Positions 34,806-45,995 of a stretch of DNA of 49,026 nt are shown piece after piece. Positions within the stretch are counted from its first letter, which is position 1. Each line of letters starts with the position of its first letter. A program made the translations under genes and the position numbers. Below the pieces are notes generated by a model, which had not been told where the DNA came from, ran no database searches, and was given only the letters and a program-made list of their open reading frames with translations. Origin of the DNA: Sanchytrium tribonematis (lineage: Eukaryota); NCBI GenBank assembly GCA_018985235.1, contig JADGIG010000015.1, positions 1 through 49,026 of the forward strand, in the 5' to 3' direction.

Positions 34806-35930
34806 TTAAACGATATTACTTAAAAAATCTGGTTCTGATCCGGCCGGAGTTATATTTGTGAAAACTGGAGCTAGTCTTTCTTCTGAACTCTTTTCTGGTA
34901 AATGCATTTGCTCATGGACTGGCGGAGCTGGTGGATGAATTTGCCCATTATAGGTATTCGGGGAAGAGCCAGGAGACATCATCTTGTAATCATTCGTGTA
35001 CATATGCTGTAAATGGTTCTGAATTTGGTGGGCAGGTGCAGACATAGCTCTACTTCTTGCTCCAGGTGAGAACATTTCTGGGGAATGAGGCATTTGAGGT
35101 TGAGCAACTGGCTGCATTGGAGGAGTCACCATTAAATCATTCAGTTGCTGGTAAGGTAGAGACATTCGTCGGTCTGTTAAATCAGAAAGGCCAGAAAGGC
35201 CAGAGTTCACGGACATAGTCGATCCACGTCTTCCATTACTTTGCATTTGCATAAATTGTTGCTGAAGTGCGGGTCCACCGACCATTGTTATTCCGTGTTC
35301 ATCCATCACAGGATGGTCATACGGAGTCAAATCTTCTAAGGTAACTTGAAAATTTTGTGTTTGTAACCGGATACCACTGCATGGGCTTTGCTGCAAGCCT
35401 TCTAAATCATCCATCCATTCCATTTGAACGGGAAACGGAATATGAATTAGAATTTTCGCGTCCCCAGTATTCATTTGAATCCAAAGTTTTGGTTCCATTT
35501 GATTGAACCACACATGGTATTGTTTGATTAATTGGCTCCCAACTACTAACGTATCAACGTGAAGTAGGATATCTCGAGACTGCTGCATGCTTTTATAATA
35601 AATCATTTGCTGAAGCATATTCGGCTGTACAGGAGCAGCCATACCGTAAGGCGTCGAATTTCTTCTCCATCGTGGAATCGGAACACGACCAGAAACATTC
35701 ATATTAGCTTGAGATTGTTTTTGCATATTTCTAAGCTTGGCTCTTCGATTCTGAAACCAAATTTGCACACTTCTTTCTGGCATATGGATTTGCGTGGCTA
35801 ATTCTTCACGTTGTTTAGAATTTGGACATGGCGTTGTATAAAAAAAACTTTCCAACACGGCAACCTGTTCCGGAGTAGCTCTGTTTCTTTTCTTTTTGCG
35901 AGATTCTTCAAATGAGCGTGTATCTTCCAT
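34806..35930 (-). CDS. Homeodomain transcription factor (fungal Pho2/Phx1-like; 374 aa)
   Basis: KKRNRATPEQVAVLESFF...REELATQIHMPERSVQIWFQNRRAK, followed by a Q/P/M-rich tail. Confidence 0.92.
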   Translation of the reverse strand: MEDTRSFEESRKKKRNRATPEQVAVLESFFYTTPCPNSKQREELATQIHMPERSVQIWFQNRRAKLRNMQKQSQANMNVSGRVPIPRWRRNSTPYGMAAPVQPNMLQQMIYYKSMQQSRDILLHVDTLVVGSQLIKQYHVWFNQMEPKLWIQMNTGDAKILIHIPFPVQMEWMDDLEGLQQSPCSGIRLQTQNFQVTLEDLTPYDHPVMDEHGITMVGGPALQQQFMQMQSNGRRGSTMSVNSGLSGLSDLTDRRMSLPYQQLNDLMVTPPMQPVAQPQMPHSPEMFSPGARSRAMSAPAHQIQNHLQHMYTNDYKMMSPGSSPNTYNGQIHPPAPPVHEQMHLPEKSSEERLAPVFTNITPAGSEPDFLSNIV

Positions 35931-36276
35931 GATGCAATGAAACGGACTCCCTTTTGTGGGTATTTTGAAAAAATAAATTGATTTTCACCCAATCAAAGTT
36001 TGCAAACTTATGTAACGTGATATTCACGCGAATCAAAGCGCGTCTTAGGTTTTTCACAAAGGCAACTCATTTGTATCGGTGCTGAATGTAATATATGTCA
36101 TTAATTGCAAAAGAGCTGGTTGGTTTATTTGCGGTCGAAACACTTGTACAATGCAATTTATACTTTATTTACAGGCCCATTTTAACCTTTTTCCTATTAA
36201 ATTGAAATGAATATTGCGTCATACTTGATGAACTAATTTCCTTAAATATATATAAATTAAAAATCGTTTATTATGT

Positions 36277-38788
36277 TCAATCTCTGGCAGGTTGATGAAG
36301 AGACCTTTCTGAGCCATTTAATTTTTCCTTCAACCGAAGTTGAGTAGCAGCGCTTGGTGGTCTTTTATCTGTCGCAAGAATTTGGCTACTTGCGGATGTC
36401 AATGTGGTTCCCCCAAATACACTTTGAATAGCTTCAAGTTTTGTGGTTAATGTAAGAAGATCAGATTGTGTCTTTCCCAGTTCGCTCCTTAATTCTTGAT
36501 TTTCTGCCATTATTTCTTTGACTTTCTTATAGGCTTTTGTTACCACGTAGTCATACTTTATTTTTGTCTGCTGTAGCTGGGCTATTTGTCGCTTTGCTTC
36601 CTCGAGATCTTGATGGAGTTTTGTATTTTGTTCCACCAGCATTTCAATAGCTCTCACATTTGGGTCAGGTCTTAATTCAGTGATAGGAGAAGCAAGTGAT
36701 TGTCTTTTCTCCGAAGTAGGTGAAGGCTGCGACTGCCTTTTCTCAGAAGTCAAAGAAGTAGGCGATGGTGTTTGTGAAGTTTCAATTGCTTTAGGTTCAA
36801 CTGTTTTCGCAGAATCCAATTTTTCCTTATCTTCATCTATGTTAAGCTCTGGTTTTATATTTTGTATGGGATCTACGTCATTATTTGATGACACTGACCT
36901 CTTTTTTGCAATAGTTGCGACAGAATCTCTTATATTCGCTTCGGTTTCGTTGTCGTTATTGGCTGAATTCCGGGCTCTTTGCTCTTCTTCCTTTTCAAGA
37001 TCTCTGAACATTGTCTTTGTATCATCGATTTTGTCAACTTCTTGCTCTTCTTCGTTCGGCTCAGATAGGGGGTCGTTGAAAATTTGTTTTCTGTTGGAAC
37101 TTCGCTGATTCTCATCAAATGCAGTCAATCTAGGATGTAAAGGAATGTGGGTTGGCGCAACCATTGAAGCTCTATTGTTAGACCGAGAATTTCTTAGAAA
37201 ATCAGGAACAGCCAACGGATCAACAGTAGGTGAAGGGAGATTGTCAGAGCTTGGTTTTGTCACGATTTCTTTTTGATCTTTGTTCTCAACGTTTGTTCTT
37301 CCCGTGAAATTTGAATTGTTTCTGCCTTTCGCTATTGGATAATATTGCTCGTTGTCTACTTTGACATTTTCACTAGCAGAACTGCCCTTTCTTTTACTTT
37401 CCTCGTTGTTTTCTTTTGGATTAGCAACCTTTAGTGCAACACTCTTTGGAGGTTTGGCTCTAAATAAAAAATTAATACTCTTTTGCTTCCACAGGGATTA
37501 TTCTCGGTTGGGGTTTAACTGATTGATTTAAATCCTTCTTTAAAAACTTATCTTCAAAAGAATCTTCTGATGTGAACATTTCTGAATCTTTCTTTAGGTC
37601 TTCCAAATTCTTAACTTTTTCTTTTCGCGGGTTTGAATTCGTTTTGATACTATTAAACACCTTAAAGGATTTTCTTACTAGTCCCTCCTTATCTTTTGTA
37701 GGTGACTTAGGTGGATCAACCGCTTTTTTTGGTCCAAGCACTGTTTCTGGGTCTGTGTCTAGAAAATCTAATAGAGATTTTAGATTATCTCTCTCACTTT
37801 CTGTAAAATCCTGATCTTCACCTTTGATACGAGGTGCCTCCACCCGCGCCTCTAATTTTCTCACAGGCTTTTTCTTTTCAACCACAGAATTGGAGTTCAC
37901 TACTGTAGAGGTTTCCGATGGTTGTTTTTTATTAAGTTCTGATAACGCTTCAGACTCGGTCTCTTCTTCCTCATTTATCTTCTTGTCCTGCACTAATGTC
38001 TTGCGCTTTTCTAAATCGACTTGGGCCATTCTTTTTTCTGCATCAGTCAATTGATCGCCAGAATCTGGAATTTCAGATTTTGAGATAAGGTCACTAATTT
38101 GGATAGTTGTATTTCTTTTACTAGAAAAATTGATAGATTCTCTGCGATCTTGATAGCGCTTAGTCTCGCTCTTTTCCACAAAATCGTGAATTGAGGCATC
38201 ATCACTTAATAGCTTAAAAAAATCGTCAGTCTTTATAACTGTCGCCTCTGACTCCACACATTTCTTGTAAATTAGCATGGCGATGTATGACGCAAAAACT
38301 TGTAGCAAACAACTGAGATATTCTATGACAAGATCATTTTTAAATCTTTTACCTTGAGTCGATAGTAGTTTCTCAGACTCTGTTCGTATAGTATCGGTCT
38401 CAATCACCTTACCATGTTGCGAAATTAGAAATTTGTATAAGCTGTTTCTATGTAGAGACTTGAGTTCGAATGATTCTTTAAAATTCTCGTCTTTGGTCTG
38501 TTCGAAAAAATCTCTATTTGTAAAATTAATTAAATCATTAGAAAATGGTTTAGAAACTGCTTTGACACTTGCAGATTTAATGTCTTCTATTGAAATTATG
38601 ATTCCAGACGCGTCAGTTATAACATAATTTAAAAAATCTGTAATTAAACTGTTATACACATTGATTGTTTCACTTGACAGTTTATACGACTTCCCTAATA
38701 CCTGTACGACAACTTTTGGATTGATGTATTTGTATTCATACTTTGAACTCCGAAAAGATGAATGTCTTACTTGATATTGAATATCCAT
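36277..38788 (-). CDS. Uncharacterised protein: helical (possibly histone-fold-like) N-terminus, disordered middle, C-terminal coiled coil; exons 38788-37479 and 37459-36277, 830 aa
   Basis: A 19-nt intron joins ORFs 37472-38788 and 36277-37263 in frame with no intervening stop. Confidence 0.8.
37460..37478 (-). other. 19-nt spliceosomal intron GTATTAATTTTTTATTTAG
   Basis: Removal fuses two long ORFs in frame (EAKE|AKPPKSV). Confidence 0.87.
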
Positions 38789-38966
38789 GAATTTTGTGGC
38801 TTGATTAATTTTGATTCAAAGAAGTCTTGAATCTTAAGCTACTGTAGCTTACAACGATAATATATTCAGATGAACCAGAGCTGGAAGAATAATTAAAAAG
38901 TAAGTAAATTCCTTCACGAAAAATTTCATTTTCCCTCAAAACAATTTTATATCCATCTATCTTTAG

Positions 38967-39419
38967 ATGAATTCTCCTGACGACGATGATCATATGATAA
39001 TCGATGAACTGTTTGATTTTATTGATGATCAGCATGAGCAATTATGCAAATTACAAGGTCCTATTGAAAAAAATGTTTTTTTCAAGGCTATTATGAAAAT
39101 TGTAAATCTTCTGCTAGATAAACCAAGGCGAGAAATTCCAGATATATACATAATAAACGACAAGAATATGAATGTGGTTGAGATTCACCGCGATACTCTA
39201 TTAATAATTTGTAATTTTCAATTGCATATGAATCCGAAACACGAATTTATTAACTCCGAGGAAATATTTATGACTTGCCCTATATCCACTTTAATTTTGT
39301 TATCTGAATTAATCGTTAACTCCCATATTAACAGATTTAAATTGAGAATTCAAAATGTTATGAGAATGCCAAGTTATTCAAGCAAATATTTTCCAAATTG
39401 CCTAGACATTTTTGAATAA
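38967..39419 (+). CDS. Hypothetical protein (150 aa)
   Basis: ATG-initiated ORF filling the gap between genes, with AATAAA overlapping the stop. No family recognised. Confidence 0.55.
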   Translation: MNSPDDDDHMIIDELFDFIDDQHEQLCKLQGPIEKNVFFKAIMKIVNLLLDKPRREIPDIYIINDKNMNVVEIHRDTLLIICNFQLHMNPKHEFINSEEIFMTCPISTLILLSELIVNSHINRFKLRIQNVMRMPSYSSKYFPNCLDIFE

Positions 39420-39535
39420 AATTGATTTTCAGAATTTGAATTGCTTTATTTAAAAAAGCCTATTCACAACACTTTTTTTCGAAATAATTAATTGAAAACC
39501 AACCTTCAAAATTTTGGCAAAAACTTCCGTGTCTC

Positions 39536-41726
39536 ATGTTAACATCACATCTCTCTTCGCCTCAGCAATACCAACCTACGATCGAGAATTCTTTTCCTTC
39601 CACATTCACTCCGCAACCAGTACAGAATCAGAGAGCCCAAATCTGGGGCACCTCCATTCAATTGTCCCAAGCTTCGCACAAGATTTCACACTTTTTGCGA
39701 AAATTCACGATTAATGAGAATACCCCATATTTATATCTTCATCAATTGGAATCTCAGGTAAATCACGGAAATACTAGTCTGGAAATAGATTTACTTCACA
39801 TATCAGAATTTGACAATGAACTATACAACTGGTGTGTTACATTCCCATCCGAATTGCTTCCTATTTTTGATATGAAAGCAACAGAGATCGCTCACTCTGA
39901 TTTTCAATTCCCAGAACATCAATTTATCAAATGCCAAATGTATAACGCGCCTTCATTCCCACTTAGGAATATCCCACCAAACAAAATTGAACAATATATT
40001 CAAATTCAAGGGTTCATTGTTCGTGTAGGTCATATACAACCCACGCTAAACAAGGCTTGCTTCAAATGTGCATCTTGCCAACATCAGGAATATCATTTAG
40101 TACAACAATCTCATATTACCGAACCAAATAGATGTCCTAGATGTAACAATCCATCCATAAAGCTAAATCATACCATGTCAGAATACACAGGACATCAACT
40201 AGTCAGAATTCAAGAATCTCCTGAGTCGATCCCAGCTGGTCAAACTCCTGTATCGATTTTATGTCATTGCTACGAATTAGATGCTGTACAACCAGGTGAT
40301 CGAGTTATTTTAAGTGGTATTTTGCGCAATATGCCTCACAGATCGTCTGCAACGAGGCGCATTTATCATCGAACCACAAAATGCTTATTAGAAGTCGTTC
40401 ACGTTCAACCAGATCAGACTGTTATCAGCAACAGCAATACTAGAGTCACTAAAGAAATGAGAAATCACATTCATAATTTAGCTCAAAGATCCGATATTTA
40501 TGAATTGCTTACTAAATCTTTGGCTCCAAGCATTTTTGACTTGGATGATGCTAAAAAAGGTGTTTTATTACAATGCATGGGAGGTGTACAATATCCTTCA
40601 ATTGGTACTCGTGGAGATATTCACATTTTATTAGTTGGTGATCCCGGTGTTTCTAAATCCCAGCTGCTTAAAGCAGTTCACCAGATTGCACCTCGAAGTA
40701 TTTACACTTCAGGAAAGGGTTCTAGTGCAGTCGGTTTAACAGCCAGTATTGTAAGAGATCCAGACACCAATGGATTTGTCCTTGAGAGTGGTGCTTTAGT
40801 CATGTCTGATGGTGGTATTTGTTGTTTGGATGAATTTGACAAGGCATCTCAAATGAGCAAGGCTATCTTACACGAAGTTATGGAGCAGCAAACAGTCAGT
40901 ATTGCAAAAGCGGGAATCGTCACTAGTCTAAATGCTCACACCTCTATTTTGGCAGCTGCTAATCCAATCCATTCACGATTTGACGTCAAATTAAGTATCA
41001 CTGAAAATATTCATTTGTCTCCTTCATTATTGAGTAGATTTGATTTGGTTTATGTGCTACTGGATTATGCTAATGAGAAAAGTGATGCGCGTTTAGCAAA
41101 AAGACTTGCAAGTTTATGTCTAAGTGCAGAAGATAGAATGGTCAATGAAGAATGTCTTGTAATTTGAATTTATTTAGGAAAGAGAAGTTTTGACTGCTTA
41201 CATTACAATTGCAAAAGAATTAAGACCAGTTATGAGTGAAGAAGCTGCAGATTTATGCTCACAATTGTTTGTGGAAATGAGAAATTTAGGGCGTCAATAT
41301 GGCAATATTATTACTGCTACGATGCGGCAAATGATGAGTATGATGAGACTAAGTGAGGCGCATGCTAAAGTGCATTTACGAAACATAGTTTTGGAAGAAG
41401 ACGTGCGCGAAGCTCACAGATTAATTCAAGTCGCATTAAAGCAAAGTGCTACCGATCCAAAAACTGGTAGAATCAATATGAGCTTATTAAATACCGGCTA
41501 TAGTGTTCCAGATGGTGATGAATCTCATTTATCAACAGCTTTAATTGAATTAATGAAGCAATCCACGCTCATGTCATTCAATTATCGTGATTTGTATAGA
41601 TTGATGAGTCAGTCTAGCGAGTTAAGTAGACGGGAATTCGATGTTGTTTTAAATACTCTTGACGTGAATCAACAGATTCATTGGGATAAGAGCCATAACA
41701 TCATTAAATTGCTGACTGATGAATAA
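39536..41726 (+). CDS. MCM4: DNA replication licensing factor MCM4; exons 39536-41158 and 41178-41726, 723 aa
   Basis: IWGT, C4 zinc finger, QESPESIPAGQTP, Walker A GDPGVSKSQLL, GKGSSAVGLTA, CCLDEFDK, SRFD arginine finger, and the MCM4-type ALKQSATDPKTGRINM. Confidence 0.95.
41159..41177 (+). other. 19-nt spliceosomal intron GTAATTTGAATTTATTTAG
   Basis: Removal joins the AAA+ core to the lid (EECL|EREVLTAYITIAK). Confidence 0.92.
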
Positions 41727-41835
41727 ATTGTATTTAAATAAGCATATTTAGGCCCTTGATTTACACATTTCAAATCTGGCCAGACTAAAATCGTGACCCC
41801 CTAAGTGTGAAACATCGAATTTGATTTTGATTTGA

Positions 41836-43279
41836 ATGATTTCAATTATTAGCGAAGTGATTCCATACTATGGATGGATTATGCTCGTCTATGCGTTCAC
41901 ATTCTACAAGACCATGGAATTTAAAAAGCAAAGAAAAGAGGATGAGGAACCTTTACAAAAAATAATCAAAACTAATTTAAAACATGATCCTTTAGATATA
42001 TATGTATTGCGTCCATTGAAAGGATACAAATCATACTTGCAAAACACACTAGTTCTTGACAATGAGAATCCGCTATTTAAATTGCATAATATATTCATTC
42101 TTGATGAAGATGACCCTGTTTTGGACGATATTTTAAAGATCAAATTTGAAAATAGCGCCACAACAACTTATACTATATTCATAAAACTTCATACCGAACA
42201 AAAAATGAGTGTTGACACAAATTTAACTGTGGAGCAAAAAAATATAAAGGAGTATAAACATTACATTAACCACAAAATACAATCCTTAGCATCCTGTATT
42301 GATCATTTTAAAATGAAAGGATATATATGGAATTTAGACGATAACGTGTATATCAACAAAGATACTTTAAAAACGACGCTTTGTAAACTGGAATCAAAAC
42401 ATATTGAATCTAATAATTGGGAAATTCCTAAGCTTGGGGATCCACACTGTATATTATGGCACCATGTCTGTCTAGGAGTAAATGCAAGTGACTCTGCTTA
42501 CTTGGAAGCAATGTTCTTGAACACTTTGCATACAATTTATTATATTTTTATTAATATAACTCGAATTGATAGTTGCTTAATGGGAAAGTCTATTGTCTTT
42601 CCATCTAGTCTTTTAGATCATAAAGATATAGACTTGCACGTATATCAGGATATATTAGCAGAAGACAACGCATTTGGTCAGGCTGTTTGGAAAAAGGACG
42701 TGCCTCACGAAATGATTGGATTTGCGTACAATGTATTGGGCAGAATGAAAGTCGATGATGTAGTGCAGAGAAGAATGAGATGGACTCGCCTCAGAAAATA
42801 CAACGTGCCCATGGGTAATTTATATTTATGTAGGAAATATTATTGAACCTTTTACAGAGCCTTTTTTGGTTTCTTTGCTAATATCTGATGTGTATGGAAC
42901 TTCTAATGCTATTATTCTAGCTTCACTGTGGCTGTTATTGGATGGAATATTTTACTTTATGTCTATGCCCTCCGCAACTTATTTGAAGCCCTTTAAACGA
43001 CCTGTGTTTGTAGAAGAAAGTGAATGTGCTGGCACGTTCGAATTTTATGTTAAAAATTGTGTATATTTTATCTTTTGGTGGTTCTATAGAAGCATTATGG
43101 CGCCTTATATTTACTTAAGAGCAATGTGGGCTGATGACGTGGAATGGCGCGGCCGTTCTTACTTGTTGTTAATGAATGGAAAAGTAAAATTAAAACCAAG
43201 CTCCATCGTAGAAACTAAAAAGCTCAAAAAACCTATTTTCGAAAAGGTTATTGAAGCGGAGCATGTACAGTCTCAGTAA
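41836..43279 (+). CDS. HSX11: Ceramide glucosyltransferase (GT21); exons 41836-42814 and 42834-43279, 474 aa
   Basis: N-terminal TM, LRPLKG, NHKIQSL, WNLDDN, CLMGKS, LAEDN, RRMRWTRLRKY, spliced EPFTE, C-terminal VEWRGRSY. Confidence 0.88.
42815..42833 (+). other. 19-nt spliceosomal intron GTAATTTATATTTATGTAG
   Basis: Removal restores MG|NIIEPFTE and joins ORF 42866-43279. Confidence 0.92.
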
Positions 43280-43602
43280 ATATAGTTGCTATAAACAAGT
43301 GAATTTTGATTCTCAAAAGAAAAAAGTCTTTTGCAATTGTAAGCCACATAGATTGGCGTAATGATATGAAATTTAGTTTTCTTGAATAAAAAAGAACCGG
43401 AAACTAATTTCATTGAATGAGATGTATTTAAGATACAGTATATTTATCATAATTGCATGACAAGTCATTGTTTGGTCATTTTGTACTTGGTTTCAGATTG
43501 TTACACAAACAACACTTGTAACAGCTTGTATCTTGTTGTACGCCACTCCTTGTAGTTGTAATAGGTAAGGAAAAATTTAAATAACAAAGACACCAAATCT
43601 GT

Positions 43603-43938
43603 ATGTTTTTGATTACATGTATGATATTTGGAATGATGGGACCGATGGGACCAGGATGGTCCGGCTGGTCTGCGAATGTAGCACCACCACAAGCTAATGT
43701 GGCTCAACAAGTAGACACTACAATGAAGAACGATGCGGAATATCAAAGGCAAAGAGGGGATTTTTGGAAAACCTCTTCTATGGTAGCTGTACCTGTTTTG
43801 GGCGCAGCAGCGCTCATTAGTTTGATCAAAGCCGCAATCAGGAAAAATTTGCACAAAAGAGAAATATTGGAAGATGAACCTATCTTCCATCTTGCCAAAA
43901 GAACTGTATGGCACTCAAAGAGAAGGGTCAAGAAGTAG
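43603..43938 (+). CDS. Small putative secreted or membrane-active protein (111 aa) with dibasic KR sites
   Basis: Short hydrophobic N-terminus, internal hydrophobic helix, and HKR, AKR, SKR sites. AATAAA lies ~10 nt after the stop. Confidence 0.6.
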   Translation: MFLITCMIFGMMGPMGPGWSGWSANVAPPQANVAQQVDTTMKNDAEYQRQRGDFWKTSSMVAVPVLGAAALISLIKAAIRKNLHKREILEDEPIFHLAKRTVWHSKRRVKK

Positions 43939-43972
43939 TTATAATTCAATAAATATCAAATATCTTTATTGC

Positions 43973-44233
43973 TTATTGTTGGGCAGACCATACACTTTGC
44001 AATAATCCATTATCAGTACACAATTTGTTAAGTGCATCATCAGCATCACCCTGTGCACGTACTTGGCCAGATAATGCAAATGTCTTGTATTTACCAGTGT
44101 ATCTACCATTTTCATCAACATCCCCGATATTAATTTGGATAGATGCATGGTCTTTTGCGGTAATTAATCTATTGGTAATTGAACACTTTCTTGGTACGTA
44201 TAAATCAATAACTTCACCTTTATCGTTTTGCAT
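43973..44233 (-). CDS. RPS21: 40S ribosomal protein S21 (eS21), intronless
   Basis: [36 protein letters not shown]. Confidence 0.98.
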   Translation of the reverse strand: MQNDKGEVIDLYVPRKCSITNRLITAKDHASIQINIGDVDENGRYTGKYKTFALSGQVRAQGDADDALNKLCTDNGLLQSVWSAQQ

Positions 44234-44789
44234 TTGTTAAATGTTTCGTTCGTACTACAGCTCTGAAAATCTCGTGGTACGTCCAATCAAATTGCGGCAA
44301 ATAATTACGGAAATTTTTTGTGAAGACATGCTCAAAATACTAGGTGTATTGCTGCCTGGATAACTATCGGGAGACGCGTTGTAAAATTTGATTTACTAAG
44401 CTGATAACTTTGTACCGTAGAATGTCAGCGGCCTCCAGTCAGTGTTAATATGCTGCTGCTATTAGGCTTTGAATCCTCATTTTTGCATACAGAATGTGAA
44501 TTTGCCTAATTGTGACACGCAATATGGTACACTATTTCCACCCATTTTCTAGTAATTGACAGCAGCTATATCAAATTGCATACGCGATATACAGGCATCC
44601 TCCTTGTATACAATCCGCAACTATAAAATCCATTATTCTCTTAAGCAGATTCCTCTAATTAGACCCAGTTTCTATATCAATCTTGATGTCATAATTACAT
44701 TGAAAATTTATTCACAGTAAAAAATAGAATAGACCATGAATTTCACAATACTTATAATGGTTTAATTGAAAAGAGAAATACAATTAAAT

Positions 44790-45995
44790 ATACCAAAAGT
44801 ATTTGCCTGTCAAACTAGTCTCTTTTTTCCAAACATCCAACATTACAAATACCAATCCTTCCTAGTCATTAATCTTGCTGACTGCATCATAGAAACCACT
44901 TGGTATATCCACTTCCTTGATTTAAACTCAATCATCAACTAAAGAATCCACACTAATTGTAGCTTGATGCTTGTACATGAATTTAAACTTATTTATCCAA
45001 CTTTTCACAATTGGTGGCACAAATTGAGTGAGTCCTCGTGCTAGCAATGATCTAAATATTGGCACATGACTAAATGGATACTCAATCATAAATAGAATAA
45101 AGATTGAAATCATCCAATGAACTGTCAATGTTCGCCAATACCCAAGTATCGAATTGAATCAAGATGGAGATGATTCCTCACTGCCTTGATATCATATGCT
45201 GATTTGAATTCAGCAACAGTGATATCAGCTGTTTGATCAATGTGAAAATGCAATTCAATTTTCACAATCATTTTGCTGTTATTTAATATGTAATACGTGT
45301 CATCTTCACGAATAACACAAACTTTGTAGTCTTTAATCTTGTCAATAAATATCTTGTCGATACCAAAGAGAATCATTTCAGCCAGATGGGTTTATAATGC
45401 ATGGACAATTTTAATCTGGTTGATACTTCCTAAATTACAAGCTTGAAGAGCTTTGTCTACACAGAATGGTCATAAATTAGTAAAAGCCCCCGAGTTTTGT
45501 GAAATTCCTTTAAGCACCGCATTCACTGAATTTTTTGAGATTTGCTTACTACAAACAATCCACGGTACGGAATGCGTGTAAACTGATTCATCATAATTTT
45601 GAATGCCAGTTTTAGCAATATAGGAGTACTTTTTTATGTGCGTAAAATACTTGGTAAGAATGTCCTTGGTCTCCGATTGTCTTGAAAATGAAAAATATTT
45701 AAAATCATTAGTGTCAACATCTAATGCGCAACTTTTCAAGTAGTCAATAGATTAGGGAGATGAAGCTTAATGTTATTAATGTACACTGAACTTGAATTTA
45801 ATACGTGAAAATATTCTTCCTGTTTTTCTGAATTCATTGCTTTTGTTTTTAAAGTCTCAACAGTGGTTACCAACTTTTCACTTTTATCAGGATGCACCAA
45901 GGTTGTCTTTGTGCCAGAATTTGGACTACTGGCATATCTGTACATTGACGAATCATCAATGCTGTCTATATCATCTGGAAATATTGGAGTGAAAA
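44790..45995 (-). pseudogene. Decayed gene of unknown family
   Basis: Collinear fragments 45736-45945, 45470-45739, 45125-45376 and 44928-45128. The middle two share a frame with isolated stops; the others are joined by frameshifts. Confidence 0.5.

Noticed and set aside
36010..36050. MCB/SCB-like CGCG elements upstream of the homeobox gene
   Set aside because: Two short imperfect matches cannot be distinguished from chance without genome-wide statistics.
29762..38627. Numerous antisense and alternate-frame ORFs overlapping real genes (e.g. 30174-30398, 36680-37108, 37572-37814)
   Set aside because: These are shadow ORFs of low-complexity coding sequence with no independent motifs.
22603..43279. 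Programmed frameshifting or pseudogenisation of B56, CRM1, MCM4 and the glucosyltransferase
   Set aside because: Each break coincides with a GTA...TAG 19-20-mer sharing one consensus, and removing it restores conserved motifs. Introns are the simpler explanation.
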